DNA of 64,000 nt from Eledone cirrhosa. Lineage: Eukaryota. The notes under the pieces were generated by a model. It was not told the DNA's origin and searched no databases. It saw only the letters and a program-made list of their open reading frames with translations. The stretch spans positions 130,448,001-130,512,000 of the forward strand of contig OZ024741.1 of the NCBI GenBank assembly GCA_964016885.1, given 5' to 3'. How positions within the stretch are numbered: the first letter of the stretch is position 1; each line of letters starts with the position of its first letter. This document shows, piece after piece, positions 1 to 15,000 of this stretch. A program made the translations under genes and the position numbers.

Positions 1-3000
1 TAGGGTTGGAAGCAGTGAACATATAACTTTACACATCATATTTGACTGTGTAACTAGGGTTGGAAGCAGTGAACATATAACTTTACACATCATATTTGTC
101 TGTGGAACTAGGGTTGGAAGCAGTGAACATATAACTTTACACATCATATTTGTCTGTGTAACTCGGGTTGGAAGCGGTGAACATATAACTTGACACATCA
201 TATTTGTCTGTGGAACTAGGGTTCGAAGCGGTGAACATATAACTTTACACATCATATTTGTCTGTGTAACTAGGGTTGGAAGCAGTGAACATATAACTTT
301 ACACATCATATTTGTCTGTGTAACTAGGGTTGGAAGCGGTGAACATATAACTTTACACATCATATTTGTCTGTGTAACTAGGGTTGGAAGCGGTGAACAT
401 ATAACTTTACACATCATATTTGTCTGTGTAACTAGGGTTGGAAGCACTGAACATATAACTTTACACATCATATTTGTCTATGTAACTAGGGTTGGAAGCA
501 GTGAACATATAACTTTACACATCATATTTGTCTGTGTAACTAGGGTTGGAAGCGGTGAACATATAACTTTACACATCATATTTGTCTGTGTAACTAGGGT
601 TGGAAGCGGTGAACATATAACTTTACACATCATATTTGTCTGTGTAACTAGGGTTGGAAGCAGTGAACATATAACTTTACACATCATATTTGTCTGTGTA
701 ACTAGGGTTGGAAGCAGTGAACATATAACTTTACACATCATATTTGTCTGTGTAACTAGAGTTGGAAGCACTGAACATATAACTTTACACATCATATTTG
801 TCTATGTAACTAGGGTTGGAAGCAGTGAACCTATAACTTTACACATCATATTTGTCTGCGGAACTAGGGTTGGAAGCAGTGAACATATAACTTCACACAT
901 CATATTTGTCTGTGTAACTAGGGTTAGAAGCAGTGAACATATAACTTTACACATCATATTTGTCTGTGTAACTAGGGTTGGATGCAGTGAACATATAACT
1001 TTACACATCATATTTGTCTGTGTAACTAGGGTTGGAAGCAGTGAACATATAACTTTACACATCATATTTGTCTGTGTAACTAGGGTTGGAAGCACTGAAC
1101 ATATAACTTTACACATCATATTTGTCTATGTAACTAGGGTTGGAAGCAGTGAACATATAACTTTACACATCATATTTGTCTGTGTAACTAGGGTTGGAAG
1201 CGGTGAACATATAACTTTACACATCATATTTGTCTGTGTAACTAGGGTTGGAAGCGGTGAACATATAACTTTACACATCATATTTGTCTGTGTAACTAGG
1301 GTTGGAAGCATTGAACATATAACTTTACACATCATATTTGTCTGTGTAACTAGGGTTGGAAGCGGTGAACATATAACTTTACACATCATATTTGTCTGTG
1401 TAACTAGGTTTGGAAGCAGTGAACATATAACTTTACACATCATATTTGTCTGTGTAACTAGGGTTGGAAGCAGTGAACATACAACTTTACACAACCTATT
1501 TGTCTGTGTAACTAGGGTTAGAAACAGTGAACATATAAATTTACACATCATATTTGTCTGTGTAACTAGGGTTGGAAGCAGTGAACATATAACTTTACAC
1601 ATCATATTTGACTGTGTAACTAGGGTTGGAAGCAGTGAACATATAACTTTACACATCATATTTGTCTGTGGAACTAGGGTTGGAAGCAGTGAACATATAA
1701 CTTTACACATCATATTTGTCTGTGTAACTCGGGTTGGAAGCGGTGAACATATAACTTGACACATCATATTTGTCTGTGGAACTAGGGTTCGAAGCGGTGA
1801 ACATATAACTTTACACATCATATTTGTCTGTGTAACTAGGGTTGGAAGCAGTGAACATATAACTTTACACATCATATTTGTCTGTGTAACTAGGGTTGGA
1901 AGCGGTGAACATATAACTTTACACATCATATTTGTCTGTGTAACTAGGGTTGGAAGCGGTGAACATATAACTTTACACATCATATTTGTCTGTGTAACTA
2001 GGGTTGGAAGCACTGAACATATAACTTTACACATCATATTTGTCTATGTAACTAGGGTTGGAAGCAGTGAACATATAACTTTACACATCATATTTGTCTG
2101 TGTAACTAGGGTTGGAAGCGGTGAACATATAACTTTACACATCATATTTGTCTGTGTAACTAGGGTTGGAAGCGGTGAACATATAACTTTACACATCATA
2201 TTTGTCTGTGTAACTAGGGTTGGAAGCAGTGAACATATAACTTTACACATCATATTTGTCTGTGTAACTAGGGTTGGAAGCAGTGAACATATAACTTTAC
2301 ACATCATATTTGTCTGTGTAACTAGAGTTGGAAGCACTGAACATATAACATTACACATCATATTTGTCTATGTAACTAGGGTTGGAAGCAGTGAACCTAT
2401 AACTTTACACATCATATTTGTCTGCGGAACTAGGGTTGGAAGCACTGAACATATAACTTCACACATCATATTTGTCTGTGTAACTAGGGTTGGAAGCAGT
2501 GAACATATAACTTTACACATCATATTTGTCTGTGTAACTAGGGTTGGAAGCAGTGAACATATAACTTTACACATCATATTTGTCTGTGTAACTAGGGTTG
2601 GAAGCGGTGAACATATAACTTTTCACATCGTATTTGTCTGTTTAACTAGGGTTGGAAGCAGTGAACATATAACTTTACACATCATATTTGTCTGTGTAAC
2701 TAGGGTTGGAAGCAGTGAACATATAACTTTACACATCACATTTGTCTGTGTAACTAGGGTTGGAAGCAGTGAACATATAATTTTACACATCATATTTGTC
2801 TGCGTAACTCGGGTTGGAAGCGGTGAACATATAACTTTACACATCATATTTGTCTGTGTAACTAGGGTTGGAAGCAGTGAATATATAACTTTGCACATCA
2901 TATTTGTCTGTGTAACTAGGGTTGGAAGCAGTGAACATATAACTTTACACATCATATTTGTCTGTGTAACTAGGATTGGAAGCGGTGAATATATAACTTC

Positions 3001-6000
3001 ACACATCATATTTGTCTGTGTAACTAGGGTTGGAAGCAGTGAACATATAACTTCACACATCATATTTGTCTGTATAACTAGGGTTGGAAGCGGTGAACAT
3101 ATAACTTTACACATCATATTTGTCTGTGTAACTAGGGTTGGAAGCAGTGAACATATAACTTTACACATCATATTTGTCTGAGTAACTAGGGTTGGAAGCA
3201 GTGAACATATAACTTTACACATCATATTTGTCTGTGTAACTAGGGTTGGAAGCGGTGAACATATAACTTTACACATCATATTTGTCTGTGTAACTAGGGT
3301 TGGAAACCGTGAACATATAATTTAACACATCATATTTGTCTGTGTAACTAGGGTTGGAAGCGGTGAACATATAACTTTACACATCATATTTGTCTGTGTA
3401 ACTAGGGTTGGAAGCAGTGAACATATAACTTTACAAATCATATTTGTCTGTGTAACTAGGGTTGGAAGCAGTGAACACACAACTTTACACATCATATTTG
3501 TCTATGTAACTAGGGTTGGAAGCAGTGAACATATAACTTTACACATCATATTTGTCTGTGTAACTAGGGTTGGAAGCGGTGAACATATAACTTTACATAT
3601 CATATTTGTCTGTGTAACTAGGGTTGGAAGCGGTGAACATATAACTTTACACATCATATTTGTCTGTGTAACTAGGTTTGGAAGCAGTGAACATATAACT
3701 TTACACATCATATTTGTCTGTGTAACTAGGGTTGGAAGCAGTGAACATACAACTTTACACAACCTATTTGTCTGTGTAACTTGGGTTGGAAACAGTGAAC
3801 ATATAAATTTACACATCATATTTGTCTGTGTAACTAGGGTTGGAAGCAGTGAACATATAACTTTACACATCATATTTGTCTGTGTAACTAGGGTTGCAAG
3901 CGGTGAACATATAACTTTATACATCATATTTGTCTCTCTAACTAGGTTTGAAAGCAGTGAACATATAAATTTACACATCATATTTGTCTGTGTAACTAGG
4001 GTTGGAAGCAGTGAACATATAACTTTACACATCATATTTGTCTGTGTAACTAGGGTTGGAAGCGGTGAACATATAACTTTACACATCATATTTGTCTGTG
4101 TAACTAGGTTTGGAAGCAGTGAACATATAACTTTACACATCATATTTGTCTGTGTAACTAGGGTTGGAAGCAGTGAACATACAACTTTACACAACCTATT
4201 TGTCTGTGTAACTAGGGTTGTAAACAGTGAACATATAAATTTACAAATCATATTTGTCTGTGTACCTAGGGTTGGAAGCAGTGAACATATAACTTTACAC
4301 ATCATATTTGTCTGTGTAACTAGGGTTGGAAGCAGTGAACATATAACTTTACACATCATATTCGTCTGTGTAACTAGGGTTGGAAGCAGTGAACATACAA
4401 CTTTACACATCATATTTGTCTGTGTAACTAGGGTTGGAAGCAGTGAACATACAACTTTACACATCATATTTGTCTGTGTAACTAGGGTTGGAAGCAGTGA
4501 ACATACAACGTTACACATCATATTTGTCTGTGTAACTAGGGTTGGAAGCAGTGAACATATAACTTTACACATCATATTTGTCTGCAGAACTAGGGTTGGA
4601 AGCAGTGAACATACAACTTTACACATCATATTTGTCTGTGTAACTAGGGTTGGAAGCGGTGAAAATATAACTTTACACATCATATGTGTCTGTGGAACTA
4701 GGGTTCGAAGCGGTGAACATATAACTTTACATATCATATTTGTCTGTGTAACTAGGGTTGGAAGCAGTGAACATATAACTTAACACATCATATTTGTCTG
4801 TGTAACTAGGGTTGGAAGCGGTGAACATATAACTTTACACATCATAGTTTTCTGTGTAACTAGAGTTGGAAGCAGTGAATATATAACTTTACACATCATA
4901 TTTGTCTGTGTAACTAGGGTTGGAAGCGTTGAACATATAACTTTACACATCATATTTGTCTGTGTAACTAGGGTTGGAAGCAGTGAACATATAACTTTAC
5001 ACATCATATTTGTCTGTGTAACTAGGGTTGGAAGCAGTGAACATATAACTTTACGCAACATATTTGTCTTTGTAACTAGGGTTGGAAGCAGTGAACATAT
5101 AACTTTACACATCATATTTGTCTGTGTAACTAGGGTTGGAAGCGGTGAACATATAACTTTACACATCATATTTGTCTGTGTAACTAGAGTTGTAAGCAGT
5201 GAACATATAACTTTACACATCATATTTGTCTATGTAACTAGGGTTGGAATTAGTGAACATATAACTTTACACATCATATTTGTCTGTGTAACTAGGGTTG
5301 GAAGCAGTGAACATATAACTTTACACATCATATTTGTCTGTGTAACTAGGGTTGGAAGCAGTGAACATATAACTTTACACATCATATTTGTCATTGTAAC
5401 TAGGGTTGGAAGCAGTGAACATATAACTTTACACATCATATTTGTCTGTGTAACTAGGGTTGGAAGCAGTGAACATATAACTTTACACATCATATTTGTC
5501 TGTGTAACTAGGGTTGGAAGCAGTGAACATATAACTTTACACATCATATTTGTCTGTGTAACTAGGGTTGGAAGCACTGAACATATAACTTTACACATCA
5601 TATTTGTCTATGTAACTAGGGTTGGAAGCAGTGAACATATAACTTTACACATCATATTTGTCTGTGTAACTAGGGTTGGAAGCGGTGAACATATAACTTT
5701 ACACATCATATTTGTCTGTGTAACTAGGGTTGGAAGCGGTGAACATATAACTTTACACATCATATTTGTCTGTGTAACTAGGGTTGGAAGCAGTGAACAT
5801 ATAACTTTACACATCATATTTGTCTGTGTAACTAGGGTTGGAAGCGGTGAACATATAATTTTAAACATCATATTTGTCTGTGTAACTAGGTTTGGAAGCA
5901 GTGAACATATAACTTTACACATCATATTTGTCTGTGTAACTAGGGTTGGAAGCAGTGAACATACAACTTTACACAACCTATTTGTCTGTGTAACTAGGGT

Positions 6001-9000
6001 TGGAAACAGTGAACATATAAATTTACACATCATATTTGTCTGTGTAACTAGGGTTGGAAGCAGTGAACATACAATTTTACACAACCTATTTGTCTGTGTA
6101 ACTAGGGTTGGAAACAGTGAACATATAAATTTACACATCATATTTGTCTGTGTAACTAGGGTTGGAAGCAGTAAAAATATAACTTTACACATCATATTTG
6201 TCTGTGTAACTAGGGTTGGAAGCAGTGAACATATAACTTTACACATCATATTTGTCTGTGTAACTAGGGTTGGAAGCAGTGAACATATAACTTTACACAT
6301 CATATTTGTCTGTGTAACTAGGGTTGGAAGCAGTGAACATATAACTTTACACATCATATTTGTCTGTGTAACTAGGGTTGGAAGCCGTGAACATATAACT
6401 TTACACATCATATTTGTCTGTGTAACTAGGTTTGGAAGCAGTGAACACACAACTTTACACATCATATTTGTCTGTGTAACTAGGGTTGGAAGCAGTGAAC
6501 ATATAACTTTACACATCATATTTCTCTATGTAACTAGGGTTGGAATTAGTGAACATATAACTTTACATATCATATTTGTCTGTGTAACTAGGGTTGGAAG
6601 CAGTGAACATATAACTTTACACATCATATTTGTCTGTGTAACTAGGGTTGGAAGCGGTGAACATATAACTTTACACATCATATTTGTCTGTGTAACTAGG
6701 CTTGGAAGCAGTGAACATATTACTTTACACATCATATTTGTCTGTGTAACTAGGGTTGGAAGCGGTGAACATATAACTTTACACATCATATTTGTCTGTG
6801 TAACTAGGTTTGGAAGCAGTGAACATATAACTTTACACATCATATTTGTCTGTGTAACTAGGGTTGGAAGCAGTGAACATACACCTTTACACAACCTATT
6901 TGTCTGTGTAACTAGGGTTGTAAACAGTGAACATATAAATTTACACATCATATTTGTCTGTGTAACTAGGGTTGGAAGCAGTGAACATATAACTTTACAC
7001 ATCATATTTGTCTGTGTAACTAGGGTTGGAAGCAGTGAACATATAACTTTACACATCATATTTGTCTGTGTAACTAGGGTTGGAAGCAGTGAACATACAA
7101 CTTTACACATCATATTTGTCTGTGTAACTAGAGTTGGAAGCAGTGAACATATAAGTTTACACATCATATATGTCTGCAGAACTAGGGTTGGAAGCAGTGA
7201 ACATATAACTTTACACATCATATTTGTCTGTGTAACTAGGGTTGGAAGCGGTGAACATATAACTTTACACATCATATTTGTCTGTGTAACTAGGGTTGGA
7301 AGCGGTGAACATATAACTTTACACATCATATTTTTCTGTGTAACAAGGGTTGGAAGCAGTGAACATATAACTTTACACATCATATTTGTCTGTGTAACTA
7401 GTGTTGGAAGCATTGAACATATAACTTTACACATCATATTTGTCTGTGTAACTAGGGTTGGAAGCGGTGAACATATAACTTTACACATCATATTTGTCTG
7501 TGTAACTAGGGTTGGAAGCGGTGAACATATAACTTTACACATCATATTTTTCTGTGTAACTAGGGTTGGAAGCAGTGAACATATAACTTTACACATCACA
7601 TTTGTCTGTGTAACTAGGGTTGGAAGCAGTGAACATATAATTTTACACATCATATTTGTCTGCGTAACTCGGGTTGGTAGCGGTGAACAGATAATATTAC
7701 ACATCATATTTGTCTGTGGAACTAGGGTTGGAAGCGGTGAACATATAACTTTACACATCATATTTGTCTGTGTAACTAGGGTTGGAAGCGGTGAACATAT
7801 AACTTTACACATCATATTTGTCTGTGTAACTAGGGTTGGAAGCGGTGAACATATAACTTTACACATCATATTTGTCTGTGTAACTAGGGTTGGAAGCAGT
7901 GAACATATAACTTTACACATCATATTTGTCTGTGTAACTAGGGTTGGAAGCAGTGAACATATAACTTTACACATCACATTTGTCTGTGTAACTAGGGTTG
8001 GAAGCAGTGAACATATAATTTTACACATCATATTTGTCTGCGTAACTCGGGTTGGAAGCGGTGAACATATAACTTTACACATCATATTTGTCTGTGGAAC
8101 TAGGGTTGGAAGCGGTGAACATATAACTTTACACATCATATATGTGTGTGTAACTCGGGTTGGAAGCGGTGAAAATATAACTTTACACATCATATGTGTC
8201 TGTGGAACTAGGGTTCGAAGCGGTGAACATATAACTTTACACATCATATTTGTCTGTATAACTATGGTTGGAAGCAGTGAACATATAACATAACACATCA
8301 TATTTGTCTGTGTAACTAGGGTTGGAAGCAGTGAACATATAACTTTACACATCATATTTGTCTGTGTAACTAGGGTTGGAAGCAGTGAACATATAACTTT
8401 ACACATCATATTTGTCTGTGTAACTAGGGTTGGAAGCAGTGAACATATAACTTTACACATCATATTTGTCTGTGTAACTAGGGTTGGAAGCAGTGAACAT
8501 ATAACTTTACACATCATATTTGTCTGTGTAACTAGGGTTGGAAGCAGTGAACATATAACTTTACACATCATATTTGTCTGTGTAACTAGGGTTGGAAGCA
8601 GTGAACATATAACTTTACACATCATATTTGTCTGTGTAACTAGGGTTGGAAGCACTGAACATATAACTTTACACATCATATTTGTCTATGTAACTAGGGT
8701 TGGAAGCAGTGAACATATAACTTTACACATCATATTTGTCTGTGTAACTAGGGTTGGAAGCGGTGAACATATAACTTTACACATCATATTTGTCTGTGTA
8801 ACTAGGGTTGGAAGCGGTGAACATATAACTTTACACATCATATTTGTCTGTGTAACTAGGGTTGGAAGCAGTGAACATATAACTTTACACATCATATTTG
8901 TCTGTGTAACTAGGGTTGGAAGCGGTGAACATATAATTTTAAACATCATATTTGTCTGTGTAACTAGGTTTGGAAGCAGTGAACATATAACTTTACACAT

Positions 9001-12000
9001 CATATTTGTCTGTGTAACTAGGGTTGGAAGCAGTGAACATACAACTTTACACAACCTATTTGTCTGTGTAACTAGGGTTGGAAACAGTGAACATATAAAT
9101 TTACACATCATATTTGTCTGTGTAACTAGGGTTGGAAGCAGTGAACATACAATTTTACACAACCTATTTGTCTGTGTAACTAGGGTTGGAAACAGTGAAC
9201 ATATAAATTTACACATCATATTTGTCTGTGTAACTAGGGTTGGAAGCAGTAAACATATAACTTTACACATCATATTTGTCTGTGTAACTAGGGTTGGAAG
9301 CAGTGAACATATAACTTTACACATCATATTTGTCTGTGTAACTAGGGTTGGAAGCAGTGAACATATAACTTTACACATCATATTTGTCTGTGTAACTAGG
9401 GTTGGAAGCAGTGAACATATAACTTTACACATCATATTTGTCTGTGTAACTAGGGTTGGAAGCCGTGAACATATAACTTTACACATCATATTTGTCTGTG
9501 TAACTAGGTTTGGAAGCAGTGAACACACAACTTTACACATCATATTTGTCTGTGTAACTAGGGTTGGAAGCAGTGAACATATAACTTTACACATCATATT
9601 TGTCTATGTAACTAGGGTTGGAATTAGTGAACATATAACTTTACATATCATATTTGTCTGTGTAACTAGGGTTGGAAGCAGTGAACATATAACTTTACAC
9701 ATCATATTTGTCTGTGTAACTAGGGTTGGAAGCGGTGAACATATAACTTTACACATCATATTTGTCTGTGTAACTAGGCTTGGAAGCAGTGAACATATTA
9801 CTTTACACATCATATTTGTCTGTGTAACTAGGGTTGGAAGCGGTGAACATATAACTTTACACATCATATTTGTCTGTGTAACTAGGTTTGGAAGCAGTGA
9901 ACATATAACTTTACACATCATATTTGTCTGTGTAACTAGGGTTGGAAGCAGTGAACATACACCTTTACACAACCTATTTGTCTGTGTAACTAGGGTTGTA
10001 AACAGTGAACATATAAATTTACACATCATATTTGTCTGTGTAACTAGGGTTGGAAGCAGTGAACATATAACTTTACACATCATATTTGTCTGTGTAACTA
10101 GGGTTGGAAGCAGTGAACATATAACTTTACACATCATATTTGTCTGTGTAACTAGGGTTGGAAGCAGTGAACATACAACTTTACACATCATATTTGTCTG
10201 TGTAACTAGAGTTGGAAGCAGTGAACATATAACTTTACACATCATATTTGTCTGCAGAACTAGGGTTGGAAGCAGTGAACATATAACTTTACACATCATA
10301 TTTGTCTGTGTAACTAGGGTTGGAAGCGGTGAACATATAACTTTACACATCATATTTGTCTGTGTAACTAGGGTTGGAAGCGGTGAACATATAACTTTAC
10401 ACATCATATTTTTCTGTGTAACTAGGGTTGGAAGCAGTGAACATATAACTTTACACATCATATTTGTCTGTGTAACTAGGGTTGGAAGCAGTGAACATAT
10501 AACTTTACACATCATATTTGTCTGTGTAACTAGGGTTGGAAGCGGTGAACATATAACTTTACACATCATATTTGTCTGTGTAACTAGGGTTGGAAGCGGT
10601 GAACATATAACTTTACACATCATATTTTTCTGTGTAACTAGGGTTGGAAGCAGTGAACATATAACTTTACACATCACATTTGTCTGTGTAACTAGGGTTG
10701 GAAGCAGTGAACATATAATTTTACACATCATATTTGTCTGCGTAACTCGGGTTGGAAGCGGTGAACATATAACATTACACATCATATTTGTCTGTGGAAC
10801 TAGGGTTGGAAGCGGTGAACATATAACTTTACACATCATATTTGTCTGTGTAACTAGGGTTGGAAGCGGTGAACATATAACTTTACACATCATATTTGTC
10901 TGTGTAACTAGGCTTGGAAGCGGTGAACATATAACTTTACACATCATATTTGTCTGTGTAACTAGGGTTGGAAGCAGTGAACATATAACTTTACACATCA
11001 TATTTGTCTGTGTAACTAGGGTTGGAAGCAGTGAACATATAACTTTACACATCACATTTGTCTGTGTAACTAGGGTTGGAAGCAGTGAACATATAATTTT
11101 ACACATCATATTTGTCTGCGTAACTCGGGTTGGAAGCGGTGAACATATAACTTTACACATCATATTTGTCTGTGGAACTAGGGTTGGAAGCGGTGAACAT
11201 ATAACTTTACACATCATATATGTGTGTGTAACTCGGGTTGGAAGCGGTGAAAATATAACTTTACACATCATATGTGTCTGTGGAACTAGGGTTCGAAGCG
11301 GTGAACATATAACTTTACACATCATATTTGTCTGTGTAACTATGGTTGGAAGCAGTGAACATATAACTTAACACATCATATTTGTCTGTGTAACTAGGGT
11401 TGGAAGCAGTGAACATATAACTTTACACATCATATTTGTCTGAGTAACTAGGGTTGGAAGCAGTGAACATATAACTTTACACATCATATTTGTCTGTGTA
11501 ACTAGGGTTGGAAGCGGTGAACATATAACTTTACACATCATATTTGTCTGTGTAACTAGGGTTGGAAGCCGTGAACATATAATTTAACACATCATATTTG
11601 TCTGTGTAACTAGGGTTGGAAGCGGTGAACATATAACTTTACACATCATATTTGTCTGTGTAACTAGGGTTGGAAGCAGTGAACATATAACTTTACAAAT
11701 CATATTTGTCTGTGTAACTAGGGTTGGAAGCAGTGAACACACAACTTTACACATCATATTTGTCTATGTAACTAGGGTTGGAAGCAGTGAACATATAACT
11801 TTACACATCATATTTGTCTGTGTAACTAGGGTTGGAAGCGGTGAACATATAACTTTACATATCATATTTGTCTGTGTAACTAGGTTTGGAAGCAGTGAAC
11901 ATATAACTTTACACATCATATTTGTCTGTGTAACTAGGGTTGGAAGCAGTGAACATACAACTTTACACAACCTATTTGTCTGTGTAACTTGGGTTGGAAA

Positions 12001-15000
12001 CAGTGAACATATAAATTTACACATCATATTTGTCTGTGTAACTAGGGTTGGAAGCAGTGAACATATAACTTTACACATCATATTTGTCTGTGTAACTAGG
12101 GTTGGAAGCGGTGAACATATAACTTTACATATCATATTTGTCTGTGTAACTAGGTTTGAAAGCAGTGAACATATAAATTTACACATCATATTTGTCTGTG
12201 AAACTAGGGTTGGAAGCAGTGAACATATAACTTTAAACATCATATTTGTCTGTGTAACTAGGGTTGGAAGCGGTGAACATATAACTTTACACATCATATT
12301 TGTCTGTGTAACTAGGGTTGGAAGCAGTGAACATACAACTTTACACAACCTATTTGTCTGTGTAACTAGGGTTGTAAACAGTGAACATATAAATTTACAA
12401 ATCATATTTGTCTGTGTAACTAGGGTTGGAAGCAGTGAACATATAACTTTACACATCATATTTGTCTGTGTAACTAGGGTTGGAAGCAGTGAACATATAA
12501 CTTTACACTTCATATTTGTCTGTGTAACTAGGGTTGGAAGCAGTGAACATACAACTTTACACATCACATTTGTCTGTGTAACTAGGGTTGGAAGCGGTGA
12601 AAATATAACTTTACACATCATATGTGTCTGTGGAACTAGGGTTCGAAGCGGTGAACATATAACTTTACACATCATATTTGTCTGTGTAACTAGGGTTGGA
12701 AGCAGTGAACATATAACTTAACACATCATATTTGTCTGTGTAACTAGGGTTGGAAGCGGTGAACATATAACTTTACACATCATAGTTGTCTGTGTAACTA
12801 GAGTTGGAAGCAGTGAATATATAACTTTACACATCATATTTGTCTGTGTAACTAGGGTTGGAAGCGGTGAACATATAACTTTACTCATCATATTTGTCTG
12901 TGTAACTAGGGTTGGAAGCAGTGAACATATAACTTTACACATCATATTTGTCTGTGTAACTAGGGTTGGAAGCAGTGAACATATAACTTTACACATCATA
13001 TTTGTCTGTGTAACTAGGGTTGGAAGCAGTGAACATATAACTTTACACATCATATTTGTCTGTGTAACTAGGGTTGGAAGCAGTGAACATATAACTTTAC
13101 ACATCATATTTGTCTGTGTAACTAGGGTTGGAAACAGTGAACATATAACTTTACACATCATATTTGTCTGTGTAACTAGGGTTGGAAGCACTGAACATAT
13201 AACTTTACACATCATATTTGTCTATGTAACTAGGGTTGGAAGCAGTGAACATATAACTTTACACATCATATTTGTCTGTGTAACTAGGGTTGGAAGCGGT
13301 GAACATATAACTTTACACATCATATTTGTCTGTGTAACTAGGGTTGGAAGCGGTGAACATATAACTTTACACATCATATTTGTCTGTGTAACTAGGGTTG
13401 GAAGCAGTGAACATATAACTTTACACATCATATTTGTCTGTGTAACTAGGGTTGGAAGCGGTGAACATATAATTTTAAACATCATATTTGTCTGTGTAAC
13501 TAGGTTTGGAAGCAGTGAACATATAACTTTACACATCATATTTGTCTGTGTAACTAGGGTTGGAAGCAGTGAACATACAACTTTACACAACCTATTTGTC
13601 TGTGTAACTAGGGTTGGAAACAGTGAACATATAAATTTACACATCATATTTGTCTGTGTAACTAGGGTTGGAAGCAGTGAACATACAATTTTACACAACC
13701 TATTTGTCTGTGTAACTAGGGTTGGAAGCCGTGAACATATAACTTTACACATCATATTTGTCTGTGTAACTAGGGTTGGAAGCAGTAAACATATAACTTT
13801 ACACATCATATTTGTCTGTGTAACTAGGGTTGGAAGCAGTGAACATATAACTTTACACATCATATTTGTCTATGTAACTAGGGTTGGAATTAGTGAACAT
13901 ATAACTTTACATATCATATTTGTCTGTGTAACTAGGGTTGGAAGCAGTGAACATATAACTTTACACATCATATTTGTCTGTGTAACTAGGGTTGGAAGCG
14001 GTGAACATATAACTTTACACATCATATTTGTCTGTGTAACTAGGGTTGGAAGCAGTGAACATATTACTTTACACATCATATTTGTCTGTGTAACTAGGGT
14101 TGGAAGCGGTGAACATATAACTTTACACATCATATTTGTCTGTGTAACTAGGTTTGGAAGCAGTGAACATATAACCTTACACATCATATTTGTCTGTGTA
14201 ACTAGGGTTGGAAGCAGTGAACATACAACTTTACACAACCTATTTGTCTGTGTAACTAGGGTTGTAAACAGTGAACATATAAATTTACACATCATATTTG
14301 TCTGTGTAACTAGGGTTGGAAGCAGTGAACATATAACTTTACACATCATATTTGTCTGTGTAACTAGGGTTGGAAGCAGTGAACATATAACTTTACACAT
14401 CATATTTGTCTGTGTAACTAGGGTTGGAAGCAGTGAACATACAACTTTACACATCTTATTTGTCTGTGTAACTAGAGTTGGAAGCAGTGAACATATAAGT
14501 TTACACATCATATTTGTCTGCAGAACTAGGGTTGGAAGCAGTGAACATATAACTTCACACATCATAATTGTCTGTGTAACTAGGGTTGGAAGCGGTGAAC
14601 ATATAACTTTACACATCATATTTGTCTGCGGAACTAGGGTTAGAAGCAGTGAACATATAACTTCACACATCATATTTGTCTGTGTAACTAGGGTTGGAAG
14701 CAGTGAACATATAACTTTACACATCATATTTGTCTGTGTAACTAGGGTTGGAAGCGGTGAACATATAACTTTACACATCATATTTGTCTGTGTAACTAGA
14801 GTTGGAAGCAGTGAACATATAACTTTGCACATCATATTTGTCTGTGTAACTAGGGTTGGAAGCAGTGAACATATAACTTTACACATCATATTTGTCTGTG
14901 TAACTAGGGTTGGAAGCGGTGAACATATAACTTTACACATCATATTTGTCTGTGTAACTAGGGTTGGAAGCGGTGAACATATAACTTTACACATCATATT

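Noticed and set aside
1-10. Telomere-like TAGGGTT in each monomer
   Set aside because: Only a single 7-nt match per 54 bp and no tandem TTAGGG; compatible with chance.
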